Shown: piece by piece, positions 50,932-62,043 of the stretch
Numbering within the stretch: position 1 is the stretch's first letter
Layout of the letters: each line of letters begins with the position of its first letter
Source: Acholeplasma sp.
GTDB taxonomy: Bacteria; Bacillota_I; Bacilli_A; Acholeplasmatales; Acholeplasmataceae
Length of the DNA: 64,000 bases
Direction: 5' to 3'
Assembly: GCA_012838065.1 (NCBI GenBank)
Contig: DUPY01000025.1
Span: 21,785-85,784, forward strand
Notes under the pieces: model-generated
What the model saw: only the letters and a program-made list of their open reading frames with translations
What the model was told of the DNA's origin: nothing
The model's database searches: none
Made by a program: the position numbers and the translations under genes

Positions 50932-52238
50932 TAGTCATTTTTCCTCCTAAGAATAATTTTTATTGGAGTACCTGTAAAATCAATGGCACTTCTAAATTGG
51001 TTGTTCAAATATCTTAAATATGAGAAATGGACAAAGTCCGGATTATTTACAAATAAAACAAATGTTGGTGGTTTGATTGCCACTTGTGTTGCATAATTGA
51101 AACTTGCTTTACCACGGTTATGAATTGGTGTTGGGTTCATTGCCACGGCATCGTGCATTAAATCGTTTAAAATGCTTGTGGATATCTCTTTTTGATAGTT
51201 TGCGTATGCAACATCAATTTCCGAGAAAATTGTGTGAATACGTGATTTTTCAAGTGCAGAGACAAAGACAATTGGTGCGAAATCTAAAAACTTAAAGTTG
51301 TCACGTATGTCTTTTTCCATTTTTTGCATTGTCTTATCATCTTTTTCAACGGCATCCCATTTATTGACAACAATAACGATAGCTTTGTTTGCTTCAAAAG
51401 CATAACCTGCAACGTGTTTATCTTGCTCAATAACCCCTTCTTCGCCGTCAATAACAATCAAACATATGTCCGAACGATCAATTGCAGTTAACGCTCTTAG
51501 TACCGAATATTTATCAACCGATTCATACACTTTACCACGCTTTTTAATACCTGCGGTATCAATAACAACATACTTTTTCCCATCTCTTACAAATGGTGTA
51601 TCAATTGCGTCTGTTGTTGTTCCTGAGATAGGACTAACAATGACACGGTCATTACCTAAAATTGCGTTTGTAAGTGATGATTTACCAACATTTGGTCGAC
51701 CGATAATAGCTATTTTAATCGTATCATTATCGTATGGTTCAACTTCATCTTCCATATAACTAATGACTTTATCAAGTAAATCACCGATACCTATGCCGTG
51801 TTGTGTTGATATAGCGATTGGTTCATCAAAACCTAATTGATAAAAATCATATGTATTAGCAATTTGATTAATGTCATCAATTTTATTAACTGCTAATATG
51901 ACAGGTTTATTTGTTCTATATAATGTTTTTGCAATATACTCATCGCCATCAGTTACACCATTTTTGCCATCAACAACAAAAATAATGGCGTCAGCCTCAT
52001 CCATTGCGATTTGTGCTTGCATTTTAATTTGACTTAAAAAGGGCGCATCAACGACGTCAATGCCCCCTGTATCGATTAGACTAAATCTTCTTGTTAACCA
52101 AACGGCTTGTGCATAAATTCGATCGCGGGTAACTCCACTCACATCATCTGTAATTGAGATACGTTCTCCAACAATACGATTAAACAAGCTTGACTTGCCG
52201 ACATTTGGTCTTCCGACAATTGCGACTGTAAAAGCCAT
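50931..52238 (-). CDS. der: Ribosome-associated GTPase Der/EngA
   Basis: Two tandem G domains ([12 protein letters not shown] and [12 protein letters not shown], each with DTGG/DTAG and NKxD) plus a KH-like C-terminal domain. Confidence 0.95.
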   Translation of the reverse strand: MAFTVAIVGRPNVGKSSLFNRIVGERISITDDVSGVTRDRIYAQAVWLTRRFSLIDTGGIDVVDAPFLSQIKMQAQIAMDEADAIIFVVDGKNGVTDGDEYIAKTLYRTNKPVILAVNKIDDINQIANTYDFYQLGFDEPIAISTQHGIGIGDLLDKVISYMEDEVEPYDNDTIKIAIIGRPNVGKSSLTNAILGNDRVIVSPISGTTTDAIDTPFVRDGKKYVVIDTAGIKKRGKVYESVDKYSVLRALTAIDRSDICLIVIDGEEGVIEQDKHVAGYAFEANKAIVIVVNKWDAVEKDDKTMQKMEKDIRDNFKFLDFAPIVFVSALEKSRIHTIFSEIDVAYANYQKEISTSILNDLMHDAVAMNPTPIHNRGKASFNYATQVAIKPPTFVLFVNNPDFVHFSYLRYLNNQFRSAIDFTGTPIKIILRRKND

Positions 52239-52247
52239 TTATAATCA

Positions 52248-53648
52248 CTACTTTTCTTTTAGTTCTTCTTTAAATAAATCTCCGATAGTTACGTTTGAAT
52301 TATCGGCATCGTCTTCTAAATATTTTTCATAAGATTCACGAGCTGATTGTTCTAAGATACGACGGATTGATAATTTTAATACCCATTGGTTTTTATTAAC
52401 ATCTGTGACTACTGCCTCAACTTCATCGCCGACTGCAAAGTAGTCTTCTGCTTTAATGCGTTCAACAGCTAATTCAGATGCTGGAATTTCACCTGTAACA
52501 CCTTGTACTTCAACTTTAAGTCCATCTTTATCAACTTCTTGAATTACTGCTTTTACTACTTCACCACGTTTAACCGTTACGTTTCTCCATGGATTCTCTT
52601 CTAAAGCTTTTCGGCTTAAAGCAATTCTTTCTTTTTTCTCATCTAAACTTAAAATTGCTAAAGTCACTTCATCACCAATTTTAACGTGTGCATCAAAATT
52701 ATCGTTTGGATTCCATGAGAATTCATTTTTGTGTAACAAGCCACGAACATCGCGCTCTAATTCAACAATAATACCAAATGGTAATTTTTGATGAACAGTA
52801 CCCGTTACTGTATCGCCAACTTTATGGTTTTCGTAAAATACTTCATATGGCGTTTTTTGTAAAGCTTTAATGGATAAATCGAGACGATTACCCTCTTTTT
52901 TAATAACTTTAACAGTTACTTCTTGATCCATATTTAGTACATCTTGAATTTTATCTATGCGATAATGTGAAACTTGTGAAATACGTAATAAACCAACGAT
53001 ATTTTTAAATTTAATTGTTGCTGCATGATCTTCTAGTTTACTTACAACGCCAGTTAATACATCACCTGTATTAATGCTCTCAAGTTCTTCTTGACGCTCT
53101 TGAAGACGTCGTTCGTAAGCTTCTTGACGTTCACGCTCAAAAATAGCTTTACGAGAAGCAACAATTCTTAACATTCTGCCACGTCTTTGAGCCTCAATGA
53201 TATTTACTTCTAATGATTTTCCTTTTAATGAATCTTTTTCGTTAACTAACTCATGATCCAATAATTTATATGGTAGGAATAATTCGTGTTCTAAGTAAAA
53301 TAAAACTAAACCTTTTTCTTCAACGCGACGTACCTTTGCGAAAACTGTTTCTTGGCTTTCAACTAAAGCTTCAATTTTTTTGAAGTTTTCATCCTGCAAC
53401 AATGGTAGTCTTGACATTAAGATTTGTACAGGTTCTTCCGTACGGATACTTTGAATGCGGGCAGTAACTTTATCGCCTTCAGAGATATGGCCGACAAAAG
53501 ATTCAAGTGATGGGTCGCCGTAATTGTCTAAGTGAATTTTTCCTTCTGTAATGTATTGAATGTCAAGATATATTGTATTTGGCTCAACCTTTACGACTGT
53601 ACCTTCAACAATATGACCTCTTTTTAATTCTTTGTCTTTATAAACCAT
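52248..53648 (-). CDS. rpsA: 30S ribosomal protein S1 (multi-S1-domain protein)
   Basis: Repeated S1 OB-fold units (G.IVEGTV, GDVLTGVV, GDTVTGTV, GEVVKAVI). I place the start at ATG 53648 (MVYKDK), 7 nt after AAGGAG. Confidence 0.9.
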   Translation of the reverse strand: MVYKDKELKRGHIVEGTVVKVEPNTIYLDIQYITEGKIHLDNYGDPSLESFVGHISEGDKVTARIQSIRTEEPVQILMSRLPLLQDENFKKIEALVESQETVFAKVRRVEEKGLVLFYLEHELFLPYKLLDHELVNEKDSLKGKSLEVNIIEAQRRGRMLRIVASRKAIFERERQEAYERRLQERQEELESINTGDVLTGVVSKLEDHAATIKFKNIVGLLRISQVSHYRIDKIQDVLNMDQEVTVKVIKKEGNRLDLSIKALQKTPYEVFYENHKVGDTVTGTVHQKLPFGIIVELERDVRGLLHKNEFSWNPNDNFDAHVKIGDEVTLAILSLDEKKERIALSRKALEENPWRNVTVKRGEVVKAVIQEVDKDGLKVEVQGVTGEIPASELAVERIKAEDYFAVGDEVEAVVTDVNKNQWVLKLSIRRILEQSARESYEKYLEDDADNSNVTIGDLFKEELKEK

Positions 53649-54303
53649 AACCATGCTCCTTTTTTACGATATCTATTATTTTCATTACGACTTCGTCAAT
53701 CGTTAAGTAAGTTGTATCTAACACTATTGCATCATCTGCTTTTCTAAGTGGTGATTCTTTTCTTGTAGAATCTTTGTGATCGCGTACTCTAATTTCCTCT
53801 ATGACATCATCCATGCGTTCAATGCGACCTTTGCGTAAGTATTCACCATATCTTCGTTTCGCGCGCTCTAAAACATCTGCGGTTAAAAATATTTTCACAT
53901 CAGCATTTGGCAATACGACAGTTCCGATATCTCGACCGTCCATGACAACTTTTTCACCTTTTGCTGCGTTTCTTTGAATATCAACCATTTTATGTCTAAC
54001 ATAAGGATGAGCCGATACTTGGGAGACATTCGATGTCACTTGATCACTTCGAATTAAGTTAGAAACATCGTTGCCGTCTAAATAGATGGCATCATTTACA
54101 TACTTGATATCTGTTGTCTCTAAAAATACGTAGGCGCTTTCGTCAGCTAAATCAATGTTCTTTTCAATGGCTGCTAGCGTAACTGCACGATACATTGCGC
54201 CCGTATCAATATGAATAAACTGTAGGTTTTCAGCAACCAAAGCACTTATGGTGCTTTTTCCAGAACCTGCAGGTCCATCGATTGCTATATGAAATTGTGA
54301 CAT
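53638..54303 (-). CDS. cmk: Cytidylate kinase
   Basis: IAIDGPAGSGKST P-loop and DTGAMYRAVT. Lies upstream of rpsA, as in Bacillus. Confidence 0.93.
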   Translation of the reverse strand: MSQFHIAIDGPAGSGKSTISALVAENLQFIHIDTGAMYRAVTLAAIEKNIDLADESAYVFLETTDIKYVNDAIYLDGNDVSNLIRSDQVTSNVSQVSAHPYVRHKMVDIQRNAAKGEKVVMDGRDIGTVVLPNADVKIFLTADVLERAKRRYGEYLRKGRIERMDDVIEEIRVRDHKDSTRKESPLRKADDAIVLDTTYLTIDEVVMKIIDIVKKEHGYGL

Positions 54304-54358
54304 ACTTTTCCTCCACGCACATTCTATTATATCATCTTTTCGAAACTTTTAAAAGTTT

Positions 54359-55078
54359 CTAAGCGTTTTTTTTGGCATATAGCGTCTTAATTTCATGTAT
54401 TGTAAGACGTCTATATCCGCCACGTTTAATCCCCTCAATATGTAAATTTTCGTAACTTAAACGTGTTAACTTCTTCAATGGGTGTCCCATTGCTTTGGTC
54501 ATATAACCTATTTCTTTGTTTGCACCGCTATGTTTGAAATATAACAGTGTTGTTTTACCATTTTTATCAAGTTCAATTATACGTACTTCAAGTGGTTTTA
54601 TAAACCCATGCTTTGTTTCAATACCTTTTCTTAGTTGACGTACTTTTTCTTTTATAACAATACCATCAACACGAGCATTAAAAGTTTTAATAATCGCCTT
54701 ACTTCCAGTAAGTACTTTTGTTAAGTCTCCATCATTAGTAATTATTAAAGCACCTTGTGCCGTGTAATCTAGTTTATCGACGGGATATAGTCTTAAATGT
54801 ATGAGATCTTCTGTTAATAAAGTTTCAACACCAGGTCGATTTTTTTCATCGGTATATGTTGAAAGAATGCCAGAAGGTTTATTAACAAGAAAATAATATT
54901 TTTTTTCTTGTTCAACAATTTTGTCATCAACAGTGATAAGATCTTCTTTTCCGACTTTAAATCCTAATGTGTTTACGATAACACCGTTGACTTTGACGCG
55001 TCCTTCTAAAATTAGTTCTTCTGCTTTGCGTCTTGACGCTATATTTGATTGTGCTAAAACCTTATTCAATCTTTCCAT
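54359..55078 (-). CDS. rluB: 23S rRNA pseudouridine synthase, RsuA/RluB family
   Basis: N-terminal S4 domain (RLNKVLAQSNIASRRKAEELILEGRVKVNG) and the catalytic-Asp region (VDKLDYTAQGALIITNDGDL). Confidence 0.88.
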   Translation of the reverse strand: MERLNKVLAQSNIASRRKAEELILEGRVKVNGVIVNTLGFKVGKEDLITVDDKIVEQEKKYYFLVNKPSGILSTYTDEKNRPGVETLLTEDLIHLRLYPVDKLDYTAQGALIITNDGDLTKVLTGSKAIIKTFNARVDGIVIKEKVRQLRKGIETKHGFIKPLEVRIIELDKNGKTTLLYFKHSGANKEIGYMTKAMGHPLKKLTRLSYENLHIEGIKRGGYRRLTIHEIKTLYAKKNA

Positions 55079-55170
55079 ATTTTCACCATTATCATTATAA
55101 CATAACTATACAAACTTATTCACCGAATAATTCGGTTTTGACATAAAAACAAAAAAAATAAGCATTACGC

Positions 55171-55734
55171 TTACTTTTCTCTAGAAACATAGCTTCCATC
55201 GTATGTTGAAACGATAATTCTCTCGCCTTGTTCGATAAATAAAGGAACTTTTACGAGTAAACCTGTTTGCATGATTGCATCCTTCATAGCGTTAGTTTTT
55301 GTATCACCTTTAACTCCAGGAACTGTTTCTACAACTTCTAAAACAACTTTTTCTGGTAAAATCACACCTAGAATTTCACTATTGTTGTAATACATAACTT
55401 CAACACTTAAGCCTTCGTAGATGTATTTTAATTCATCACTAATTTGGCTTGTTGGTAATTCAATTTGCTCATAGTTTTCTGTGTTCATGAATACGTTCAT
55501 GTCACCGTCTTGATATAAGTATTGCATTGGTGTTTTATCGATTTGTGCTTTTTCCACCTTAACACCCGCGTTAAATGTATAATCAATAACGCCGCCAGTT
55601 CTTAAATTTCTTAATTTTGTACGAACGAATGCTGCACCTTTACCTGGTTTAACATGCATAAATTCGATAATTTGATAGATGTTTCCTTCATGAACAATTG
55701 TTAACCCTGTTTTAAATTCATTTGTTCCAATCAT
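55171..55734 (-). CDS. efp: Elongation factor P
   Basis: [38 protein letters not shown], including the conserved modified-Lys loop (KPGKG). Confidence 0.95.
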   Translation of the reverse strand: MIGTNEFKTGLTIVHEGNIYQIIEFMHVKPGKGAAFVRTKLRNLRTGGVIDYTFNAGVKVEKAQIDKTPMQYLYQDGDMNVFMNTENYEQIELPTSQISDELKYIYEGLSVEVMYYNNSEILGVILPEKVVLEVVETVPGVKGDTKTNAMKDAIMQTGLLVKVPLFIEQGERIIVSTYDGSYVSREK

Positions 55735-55780
55735 TTTAATATCTCCTTACTTGTTTAAAATACGGTTTATTATACACTAT

Positions 55781-56212
55781 TTATATTCTTGTTTGCAACT
55801 TTTTAATTATATATTCTATTGCTTCTTCATAACTTTTTTCTTGTTTTCCACTAAATTTTGCATGACAAACATCGGAAATATAGTTTATTTTACGAAAAGA
55901 CTCACGATTGTCAACATCCGATAAATGAACTTCAACTTTTAAGTTATCCAATGTTTCCAGTGCATCCCTAATTGCGATACTCGTATGCGTATAAGCTGCA
56001 GCGTTTATAAGTACAGCATCATATTCAAATGCTGTTTGAATAATCTCAACCAAATCTCCTTCGAAATTCGATTGATAAAAAGTAAAATCAATAGCTTCAT
56101 ATTTTTTAGTTAGATGAACAAAAAGCTCATCTTGTGTCATACGTCCATAATGATTTTTATTTCTTTTTCCCAATATATTTAAGTTTGGTCCATGAATGAC
56201 AAGAACGTTCAT
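55781..56212 (-). CDS. aroQ: Type II 3-dehydroquinate dehydratase
   Basis: VIHGPNLNILGKR, QSNFEG and NAAAYTHTSIAIRDA motifs. Confidence 0.88.
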   Translation of the reverse strand: MNVLVIHGPNLNILGKRNKNHYGRMTQDELFVHLTKKYEAIDFTFYQSNFEGDLVEIIQTAFEYDAVLINAAAYTHTSIAIRDALETLDNLKVEVHLSDVDNRESFRKINYISDVCHAKFSGKQEKSYEEAIEYIIKKLQTRI

Positions 56213-56700
56213 AAAATGCCCTCTTTATCTAAGATTTCAATAATATCTTCACATACATTTTCAAGTGTTTTATTGTTAGAAACAATAACATCTGCAAAGT
56301 CTAAATATTTTAAAAATCGTTCTTCATAAAGTGAATCTAATGTTTTTGTTTTGAGTAGTGGGCGTTCGTAATCTGTTTCAAGACGCTTTCGAATAATTTC
56401 AATATCTGTATCAATATAAATTTTGAACCCATTCATAAACGCTTTATTTTCACGTTTTGTTACAATGCCACCACCGCATGAAATAATGACATTATCTTCA
56501 TTAATTTGTTTTAGCGCTTCCGTCTCTAAATTACGAAATGCATCAATTCCTAATTTTTCGATAATTTCTTCAACAAACATTAAGGCATTTTTTGCAATCT
56601 CGTCATCTAAATCAATGACTTTTCGATTCAATTTTTTTCCAAGGTCTCTTGCAATGGTTGATTTACCACTACCTGGCATTCCAATTAAATATATATTCAT
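56209..56700 (-). CDS. aroK: Shikimate kinase
   Basis: IYLIGMPGSGKST P-loop and ISCGGGIV shikimate-binding motif. ATGA-type overlap with aroQ. Confidence 0.85.
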   Translation of the reverse strand: MNIYLIGMPGSGKSTIARDLGKKLNRKVIDLDDEIAKNALMFVEEIIEKLGIDAFRNLETEALKQINEDNVIISCGGGIVTKRENKAFMNGFKIYIDTDIEIIRKRLETDYERPLLKTKTLDSLYEERFLKYLDFADVIVSNNKTLENVCEDIIEILDKEGIL

Positions 56701-56704
56701 AGGT

Positions 56705-57565
56705 CTATTCCTTTAAAAAATCTTCTATTTGTTTTTGAACATGGGTAAATAAATCTTGAGCTAATGCATCAAACATATGAACATGCATTTGATTTTTAAA
56801 CCATGTTTTTTGGCGTTTAGCAAGCTTTTTGGTTTTATTGATAATTTGTTCTTTTGCTTCTTCTAAACTTATTGTGCCATCTAAATATTGGTCTAATTCA
56901 CGGTAGCCAATCATATTTAAATGAATACCGCGTTTTCTTAAATCTTCTACCTCTTCAATAAAACCTTGTTCAAGTTGCATATCTAATCGTTTTCTAAAGA
57001 TATCTTCTTGCATACTACGCTCTAAGTCTAAGTAAATGATGCATGCGTCATATAAAGGTTTATGTTTATTTTGTTTTTTGGATCTTAAGTCATTGTTAAG
57101 AGCAAGTTTTAAAGCACTTATGAGTCTTCTTCGATTAAAGCGATCGATTTCAATGTATGGATCAAGTTTAATTAATTCTTCAAAAAGTTCATCATTCGTA
57201 AGTTCTTCTAAGTTAACAGATATTTTTTGTTCGTTAAACTCATAATCAAACAATGTTGATTGAATGTATAAACCTGTACCACCAACGATGAGTGGTAAAT
57301 CGATTACCTCAATTTTTTCTCGTGCTAACTTTTGATAATCATACACCGTTTTCAATTCTTTTGGATCAAAGATATCCAGTAGATGATGAGGAATAAGCTT
57401 TTGTTCATCAACACTTACTTTGGCCGATCCAATATCAAGCCCTTTGTAAAGTTGTACACTGTCACCATTAATAATTTCAGCTTGAAATTTTTTTGCAATT
57501 TCAAGCGACAACTTTGTTTTTCCGGATGCTGTTGGTCCAACAATAACTAATACTTTTTTCATCAT
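56705..57565 (-). CDS. miaA: tRNA dimethylallyltransferase
   Basis: VGPTASGKTKLS P-loop, INGDSVQLYKGLDIGSAK, and YAKRQKTWF-like AKRQKTWFKNQ. Confidence 0.92.
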   Translation of the reverse strand: MMKKVLVIVGPTASGKTKLSLEIAKKFQAEIINGDSVQLYKGLDIGSAKVSVDEQKLIPHHLLDIFDPKELKTVYDYQKLAREKIEVIDLPLIVGGTGLYIQSTLFDYEFNEQKISVNLEELTNDELFEELIKLDPYIEIDRFNRRRLISALKLALNNDLRSKKQNKHKPLYDACIIYLDLERSMQEDIFRKRLDMQLEQGFIEEVEDLRKRGIHLNMIGYRELDQYLDGTISLEEAKEQIINKTKKLAKRQKTWFKNQMHVHMFDALAQDLFTHVQKQIEDFLKE

Positions 57566-59283
57566 ACAATTCGCCTAAACATTTTTTCAATATCGGTATG
57601 ACTAAGTTTTATAATTGTTGGTCTGCCATGTGGACAGTGATACGGGTTTTCACAAGTTCTTAAATCATTGACTAGTCGTATGATTTCTTCATAACTTAAA
57701 CGTTGATTTGCCTTAATTGAAGTTTTGCAACTGCGGTCTTTTGCTAGTTGGTCTTTTAAAATTGATACATCGATAATACCACGATCCTTTAGCATTTCTA
57801 ACATTGATTCAATCATGATATCCACTTCGAGGTCTTTAACAAATGCAGGTAGTGCAATAACATCCTCGTTATGGAATTTAAAGCCATATTGATTAAAAAT
57901 TTTTTCATAAGATTTTAAAATTTCAAAATCAGCACTTGTAAGCTTTAGCGGCATACCAAAAAGCAAATTACGTGAAACAAATACAGGTTTCTTAAATTTA
58001 TCTTGATAATATTCATAACGTATACGCTCTTGAGCAGCATGTTGGTCAATTAAATACAAACCTTCTTCGTTTTGGAATAATAAATACGTTCCTGCAAATG
58101 TACCTACATAATCAAATGCAGGGATTTTTTCTTTAGGCGTACGTATGTCAAGACTTTCTTCTATTTTAATTTTTGGCTCTATTTCTTGTTTTTCATATGT
58201 ATCCATGATTTGCATTTGAGCATTAAAATCTAATGTTTGCTGATTAAAACTTTCCATGTGCTTAAATCGCTCAACCTTGTCCATTTGACTTGGAATATCA
58301 ACCGGGCGATTCAATGCTTTTTTAATAAAGTTTTCGATATGATAAGAAAGTAGTGATTCATTTACAAACTTAATTTCTAACTTTTGTGGATGAACGTTTA
58401 CATCAATCAACGTTGGGTCAAGTGTTAAATGTATCATCGCGATTGGATAACGATTTGTCATCAAATACGATTTATAACCATCAACAACAGCTTGAACTAG
58501 ACTGTAATTTTTAATGTAACGACCATTTACGAAAAGTGAAATATCACGTTTATGTGAACGTGTTACTGATGGATGTATCAAATATCCATGGAACTTAATT
58601 TTTTGGAATGTTTCCTCAAATGTCGTTAAATTTGCGAGAACATTTTTTCCATAGATTGATTGAATGAGTGTTTCATAACCATCATTATATGTTTCTTTTA
58701 CTAATTTATCATCGATAACTAATTTAAATCGTATATTTGGATTTGCTAGTGCCATACGATCAAAAATGTCGATAATTGAGTTTCTTTCCGCCATCTCTGA
58801 TTTAATGTATTTAAAACGTGCTGGAACGTTATAGAACAGGTCTGTTACAGTTACTATCGTGCCAACATTTAGTGAAGCATATCCGGATTCGATAAAATGT
58901 CCACCTTCATAAGTCACATAAACACCATCGGTATTTTTTTGTCTTGTTTTTAAAATAACTTTACTAACAGATTGAATACTTGCAAGCGCTTCGCCACGAA
59001 AACCTAATGTCTGTATACGGCTCAATTCATGTTCACTGTATAGTTTTGATGTTGCATGGCGTAAAAACGCGCGTTTGGCATTTTCTAAATTCATACCAAT
59101 GCCATCATCAATAACTGTAATTTCATTCATACCAAAATCTTTGATGTGAACTTCGATTGCTGATGCCTTGGCATCGATTGCGTTTTCCATTAGTTCTTTA
59201 ACGACAGAACTCGGGCGTAAGACAACTTCGCCCGCTGCAATCATATTCGCAAGTTTTTCACTCATTATTTTGATATCAGCCAT
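57562..59283 (-). CDS. mutL: DNA mismatch repair protein MutL (endonuclease-type)
   Basis: GHKL ATPase motifs (VVKELMENAIDA, DDGIGM) and the C-terminal endonuclease motif DQHAAQERIRYE (DQHAx2Ex4E). Confidence 0.95.
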   Translation of the reverse strand: MADIKIMSEKLANMIAAGEVVLRPSSVVKELMENAIDAKASAIEVHIKDFGMNEITVIDDGIGMNLENAKRAFLRHATSKLYSEHELSRIQTLGFRGEALASIQSVSKVILKTRQKNTDGVYVTYEGGHFIESGYASLNVGTIVTVTDLFYNVPARFKYIKSEMAERNSIIDIFDRMALANPNIRFKLVIDDKLVKETYNDGYETLIQSIYGKNVLANLTTFEETFQKIKFHGYLIHPSVTRSHKRDISLFVNGRYIKNYSLVQAVVDGYKSYLMTNRYPIAMIHLTLDPTLIDVNVHPQKLEIKFVNESLLSYHIENFIKKALNRPVDIPSQMDKVERFKHMESFNQQTLDFNAQMQIMDTYEKQEIEPKIKIEESLDIRTPKEKIPAFDYVGTFAGTYLLFQNEEGLYLIDQHAAQERIRYEYYQDKFKKPVFVSRNLLFGMPLKLTSADFEILKSYEKIFNQYGFKFHNEDVIALPAFVKDLEVDIMIESMLEMLKDRGIIDVSILKDQLAKDRSCKTSIKANQRLSYEEIIRLVNDLRTCENPYHCPHGRPTIIKLSHTDIEKMFRRIV

Positions 59284-59286
59284 GTT

Positions 59287-61818
59287 TTATTTTCCTTTTT
59301 TAATTTCTTCTTGTAAATATTTCAATTGAATTAACGCCTCAATCGGTGTGAGTTCATTAATATCTATTTTTTCAATCATATCAAGTACATTAAGCTCTGC
59401 TTGAGAGATTGGGTTAATTGTCGAAGTTTCTTTATACTCTTCATAGTTAAATAAATCAAAGACAACACGTTTTTTATCTTTTTCAAGATTTGCTAAGATA
59501 TCTTTACTACGTTTAATTAAAACTTCAGGTAAGTTTGCAAGGCTTGCAACTTGAATACCGTAAGACTTATCGGTTGGTCCTTCTTCAATTTGATGTAAGA
59601 AAACCATTTTGTTTTTTTCTTCACGCGCTTTAACGTGTAAATTTTTCAAGCGCTTAAGTGTTTGTTCAAGTGCGGTCAATTCATGATAGTGCGTTGAAAA
59701 CATTGTTTGAGCTTGAATAACTTCGTGAATATACTCAATCATTGCTTGTGCAAGTGCCATACCATCGTATGTTGCCGTACCACGACCAATCTCATCAAAC
59801 ATAATGAGAGAGTCTTTAGTTGCGTTCATAAGTGCTTCATTCGACTCCACCATTTCAACCATGAATGTTGATTTTCCACCAGCTAGGTCATCACTTGATC
59901 CAATACGCGTAAATAGTCCATCATAAATTTTAAGATTAGCTTCTTTTGCAGGAACAAACATACCAATTTGTGCTAAGTAAACGATTAACGCATACATACG
60001 CATATATGTAGACTTACCACTCATATTTGGTCCTGTTATTAAGAAAACTTCACCAGGTTTCATAATAACATCATTTTCAATGAACTTTGTGAAATGCTCA
60101 ACTACTGGGTGTCTTCCGTTTTTTACAATAACTTCAGATCCGTTAAATGTTGGTCGAACATACTGATTTTTACGTGAAACAAATGCACAAGATAAGTAAT
60201 AATCAATATCTGCTATTTTACTACTTAAGACTTGAAGTGAGTGTGTGTATGATTCAACAACATCACGAATTTCTTTAAAAATTTCGTACTCTAGCGCAAC
60301 ACTCTTTTCTTTTGCATGTAATAAATCATCTTCTTTTTTCTTTAAAACGTCGGAAATGTAGCGTTCGCTATTAGCAAGCGTTTGTTTACGTTCATAGCCG
60401 TGCTCTTCTAAAACAAGATGCATTGCACCTTTAGAAACTTCAATATAATAACCAAAAACACGGTTATATCCAATTTTTAATGTTTTAATTCCGGTACGTT
60501 CACGTTCCTCTTCCTCAAATGTTTTTAACCATTCTTCACCTGAACGACTGAGCATTCGGTAATGATCAAGTTGTTCATGATAGCCATCCTTAATGATGCC
60601 ACCTTCTTTGATTGTAAGTGGTGGATTTAAGGTAATGCTGCGTTCTAGTAGATGCGCAAGGTCTTCGTGAGCGTCTAAATCATTGGCAAGTTTATGAATG
60701 ATTGGATCCTCATCTTTTAACAAAAATGCCTTTAAACTTGGAATTTGAAGTAACGTATCTTTTAATTGTTCCAAGTCTTTAGCGTTTGCACTGGAATAAC
60801 CAACACGCGATACAATTCGATTAATATCGTATATATATTTAAGCGAATCCTTAATTGCCTCTTTTTGAGAATGCTTTAAAAATGATTCAATATATTCAAG
60901 TCGTTCTTCGATAAGAGCTTTATCAACAAGCGGATAGTTTAAAATATGTCTTAGTTTACGCGCACCCATAGCCGTTTCGGTTTGGTCTAATTGTTTTAGC
61001 AAGGTTGTTTGCGGGTTGTTTGTTTGTGACTCTAAAATTTCCAAGTGTTTTTTAACACGAAAATCCACATTCATAAAATGTTGTAATTTCACTATTTCAA
61101 AAGGTTTAAAGTGATTAAATGTTTGATATTGAGTCGCTTCTAAATAGCTTAACAAATGGTCTGCACCACGTTTATTAAGTGCAGGCAAGTGCTTTGTAAG
61201 TTTATTGTCATGTCCTGATATTTTATTAAATATTGTATGCGATACTTCGTGATCTGCAAAGTATGCCATAATATCGTCATCCATTTTTTTAGCTAAAATA
61301 ACTTCTCGGATTTTTAAAGACTCAATTAAATCTAAAACTTGTTTTTTATTTAATCCATCTGATAAATAAGCTTCACCCGTTGAAATATCAACGTAAGTTA
61401 ATTGAAAGCCCGTTTCGATAAAAGTAAGACTCGCAATATAGTTGTTTTCACTTTCTTTTAAAATATCTGATTCGAAAATCGTCCCTGGCGTAATTAAGCG
61501 TACAACTTTTCGCTCGACTAATCCTTTACCAGGTTCGGTTACTTGTTCGGCAACAGCAATTTTAAAACCTTTTTCTACTAATTTTTGTACATAAGGTCGC
61601 ATTGCATGATGTGGAACACCACACATTGGAACCTTATTCCCCGCGTCTCTAGACGTTAAAGCAATTTCTAAAACTTTTGATGCGATAATAGCGTCATCAA
61701 AAAACATTTCATAAAAATCACCTAATCTAAAAAAGACTATCGCATCTGCGTAGTCTTCTTTGATTTTTAAGTATTGTTGCATCATCGGGGTGTATGATGT
61801 CGTATTTTTTTCTGTCAT
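59287..61818 (-). CDS. mutS: DNA mismatch repair protein MutS
   Basis: TPMMQQYLKIKEDY, the mismatch-binding GDFYEMF motif, GPNMSGKSTYMR Walker A, and DEIGRGT. Confidence 0.97.
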   Translation of the reverse strand: MTEKNTTSYTPMMQQYLKIKEDYADAIVFFRLGDFYEMFFDDAIIASKVLEIALTSRDAGNKVPMCGVPHHAMRPYVQKLVEKGFKIAVAEQVTEPGKGLVERKVVRLITPGTIFESDILKESENNYIASLTFIETGFQLTYVDISTGEAYLSDGLNKKQVLDLIESLKIREVILAKKMDDDIMAYFADHEVSHTIFNKISGHDNKLTKHLPALNKRGADHLLSYLEATQYQTFNHFKPFEIVKLQHFMNVDFRVKKHLEILESQTNNPQTTLLKQLDQTETAMGARKLRHILNYPLVDKALIEERLEYIESFLKHSQKEAIKDSLKYIYDINRIVSRVGYSSANAKDLEQLKDTLLQIPSLKAFLLKDEDPIIHKLANDLDAHEDLAHLLERSITLNPPLTIKEGGIIKDGYHEQLDHYRMLSRSGEEWLKTFEEEERERTGIKTLKIGYNRVFGYYIEVSKGAMHLVLEEHGYERKQTLANSERYISDVLKKKEDDLLHAKEKSVALEYEIFKEIRDVVESYTHSLQVLSSKIADIDYYLSCAFVSRKNQYVRPTFNGSEVIVKNGRHPVVEHFTKFIENDVIMKPGEVFLITGPNMSGKSTYMRMYALIVYLAQIGMFVPAKEANLKIYDGLFTRIGSSDDLAGGKSTFMVEMVESNEALMNATKDSLIMFDEIGRGTATYDGMALAQAMIEYIHEVIQAQTMFSTHYHELTALEQTLKRLKNLHVKAREEKNKMVFLHQIEEGPTDKSYGIQVASLANLPEVLIKRSKDILANLEKDKKRVVFDLFNYEEYKETSTINPISQAELNVLDMIEKIDINELTPIEALIQLKYLQEEIKKGK

Positions 61819-61848
61819 ATAAACTTGCCCCCTCTAAAAAATATAGAA

Positions 61849-62031
61849 CTAAATTAAGTTTCTAAATGCGTCAATAATTTTTGTATAAAAACTTGTTTCG
61901 CCAAACGCTGAAAGCATAAATGCGTGTACGAATAAGGCAAACAACAATGAAACTAAAACGATAAATGCCATTTTAATTAATAGCCAAACAATTTTACCTA
62001 CAATATTTCTTTCAATAAATAATGGTTTCAT
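61849..62031 (-). CDS. Small single-pass membrane protein (60 aa), hypothetical
   Basis: One clear hydrophobic helix (IVWLLIKMAFIVLVSLLFALFVHAFML). GGAGG-like AGGAGG upstream (...taggaggcacatATG). Lies between the HeH protein gene and mutS. Confidence 0.45.
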   Translation of the reverse strand: MKPLFIERNIVGKIVWLLIKMAFIVLVSLLFALFVHAFMLSAFGETSFYTKIIDAFRNLI

Positions 62032-62043
62032 ATGTGCCTCCTA

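Noticed and set aside
55122-55139. ACCGAA-taa-TTCGGT hairpin between efp and rluB, considered as a terminator
   Set aside because: The T-run follows it only on the plus strand, where there is no gene to terminate. On the coding (minus) strand there is no U-tract. It may be a leader or decay-stabilising hairpin, but I cannot support a call.
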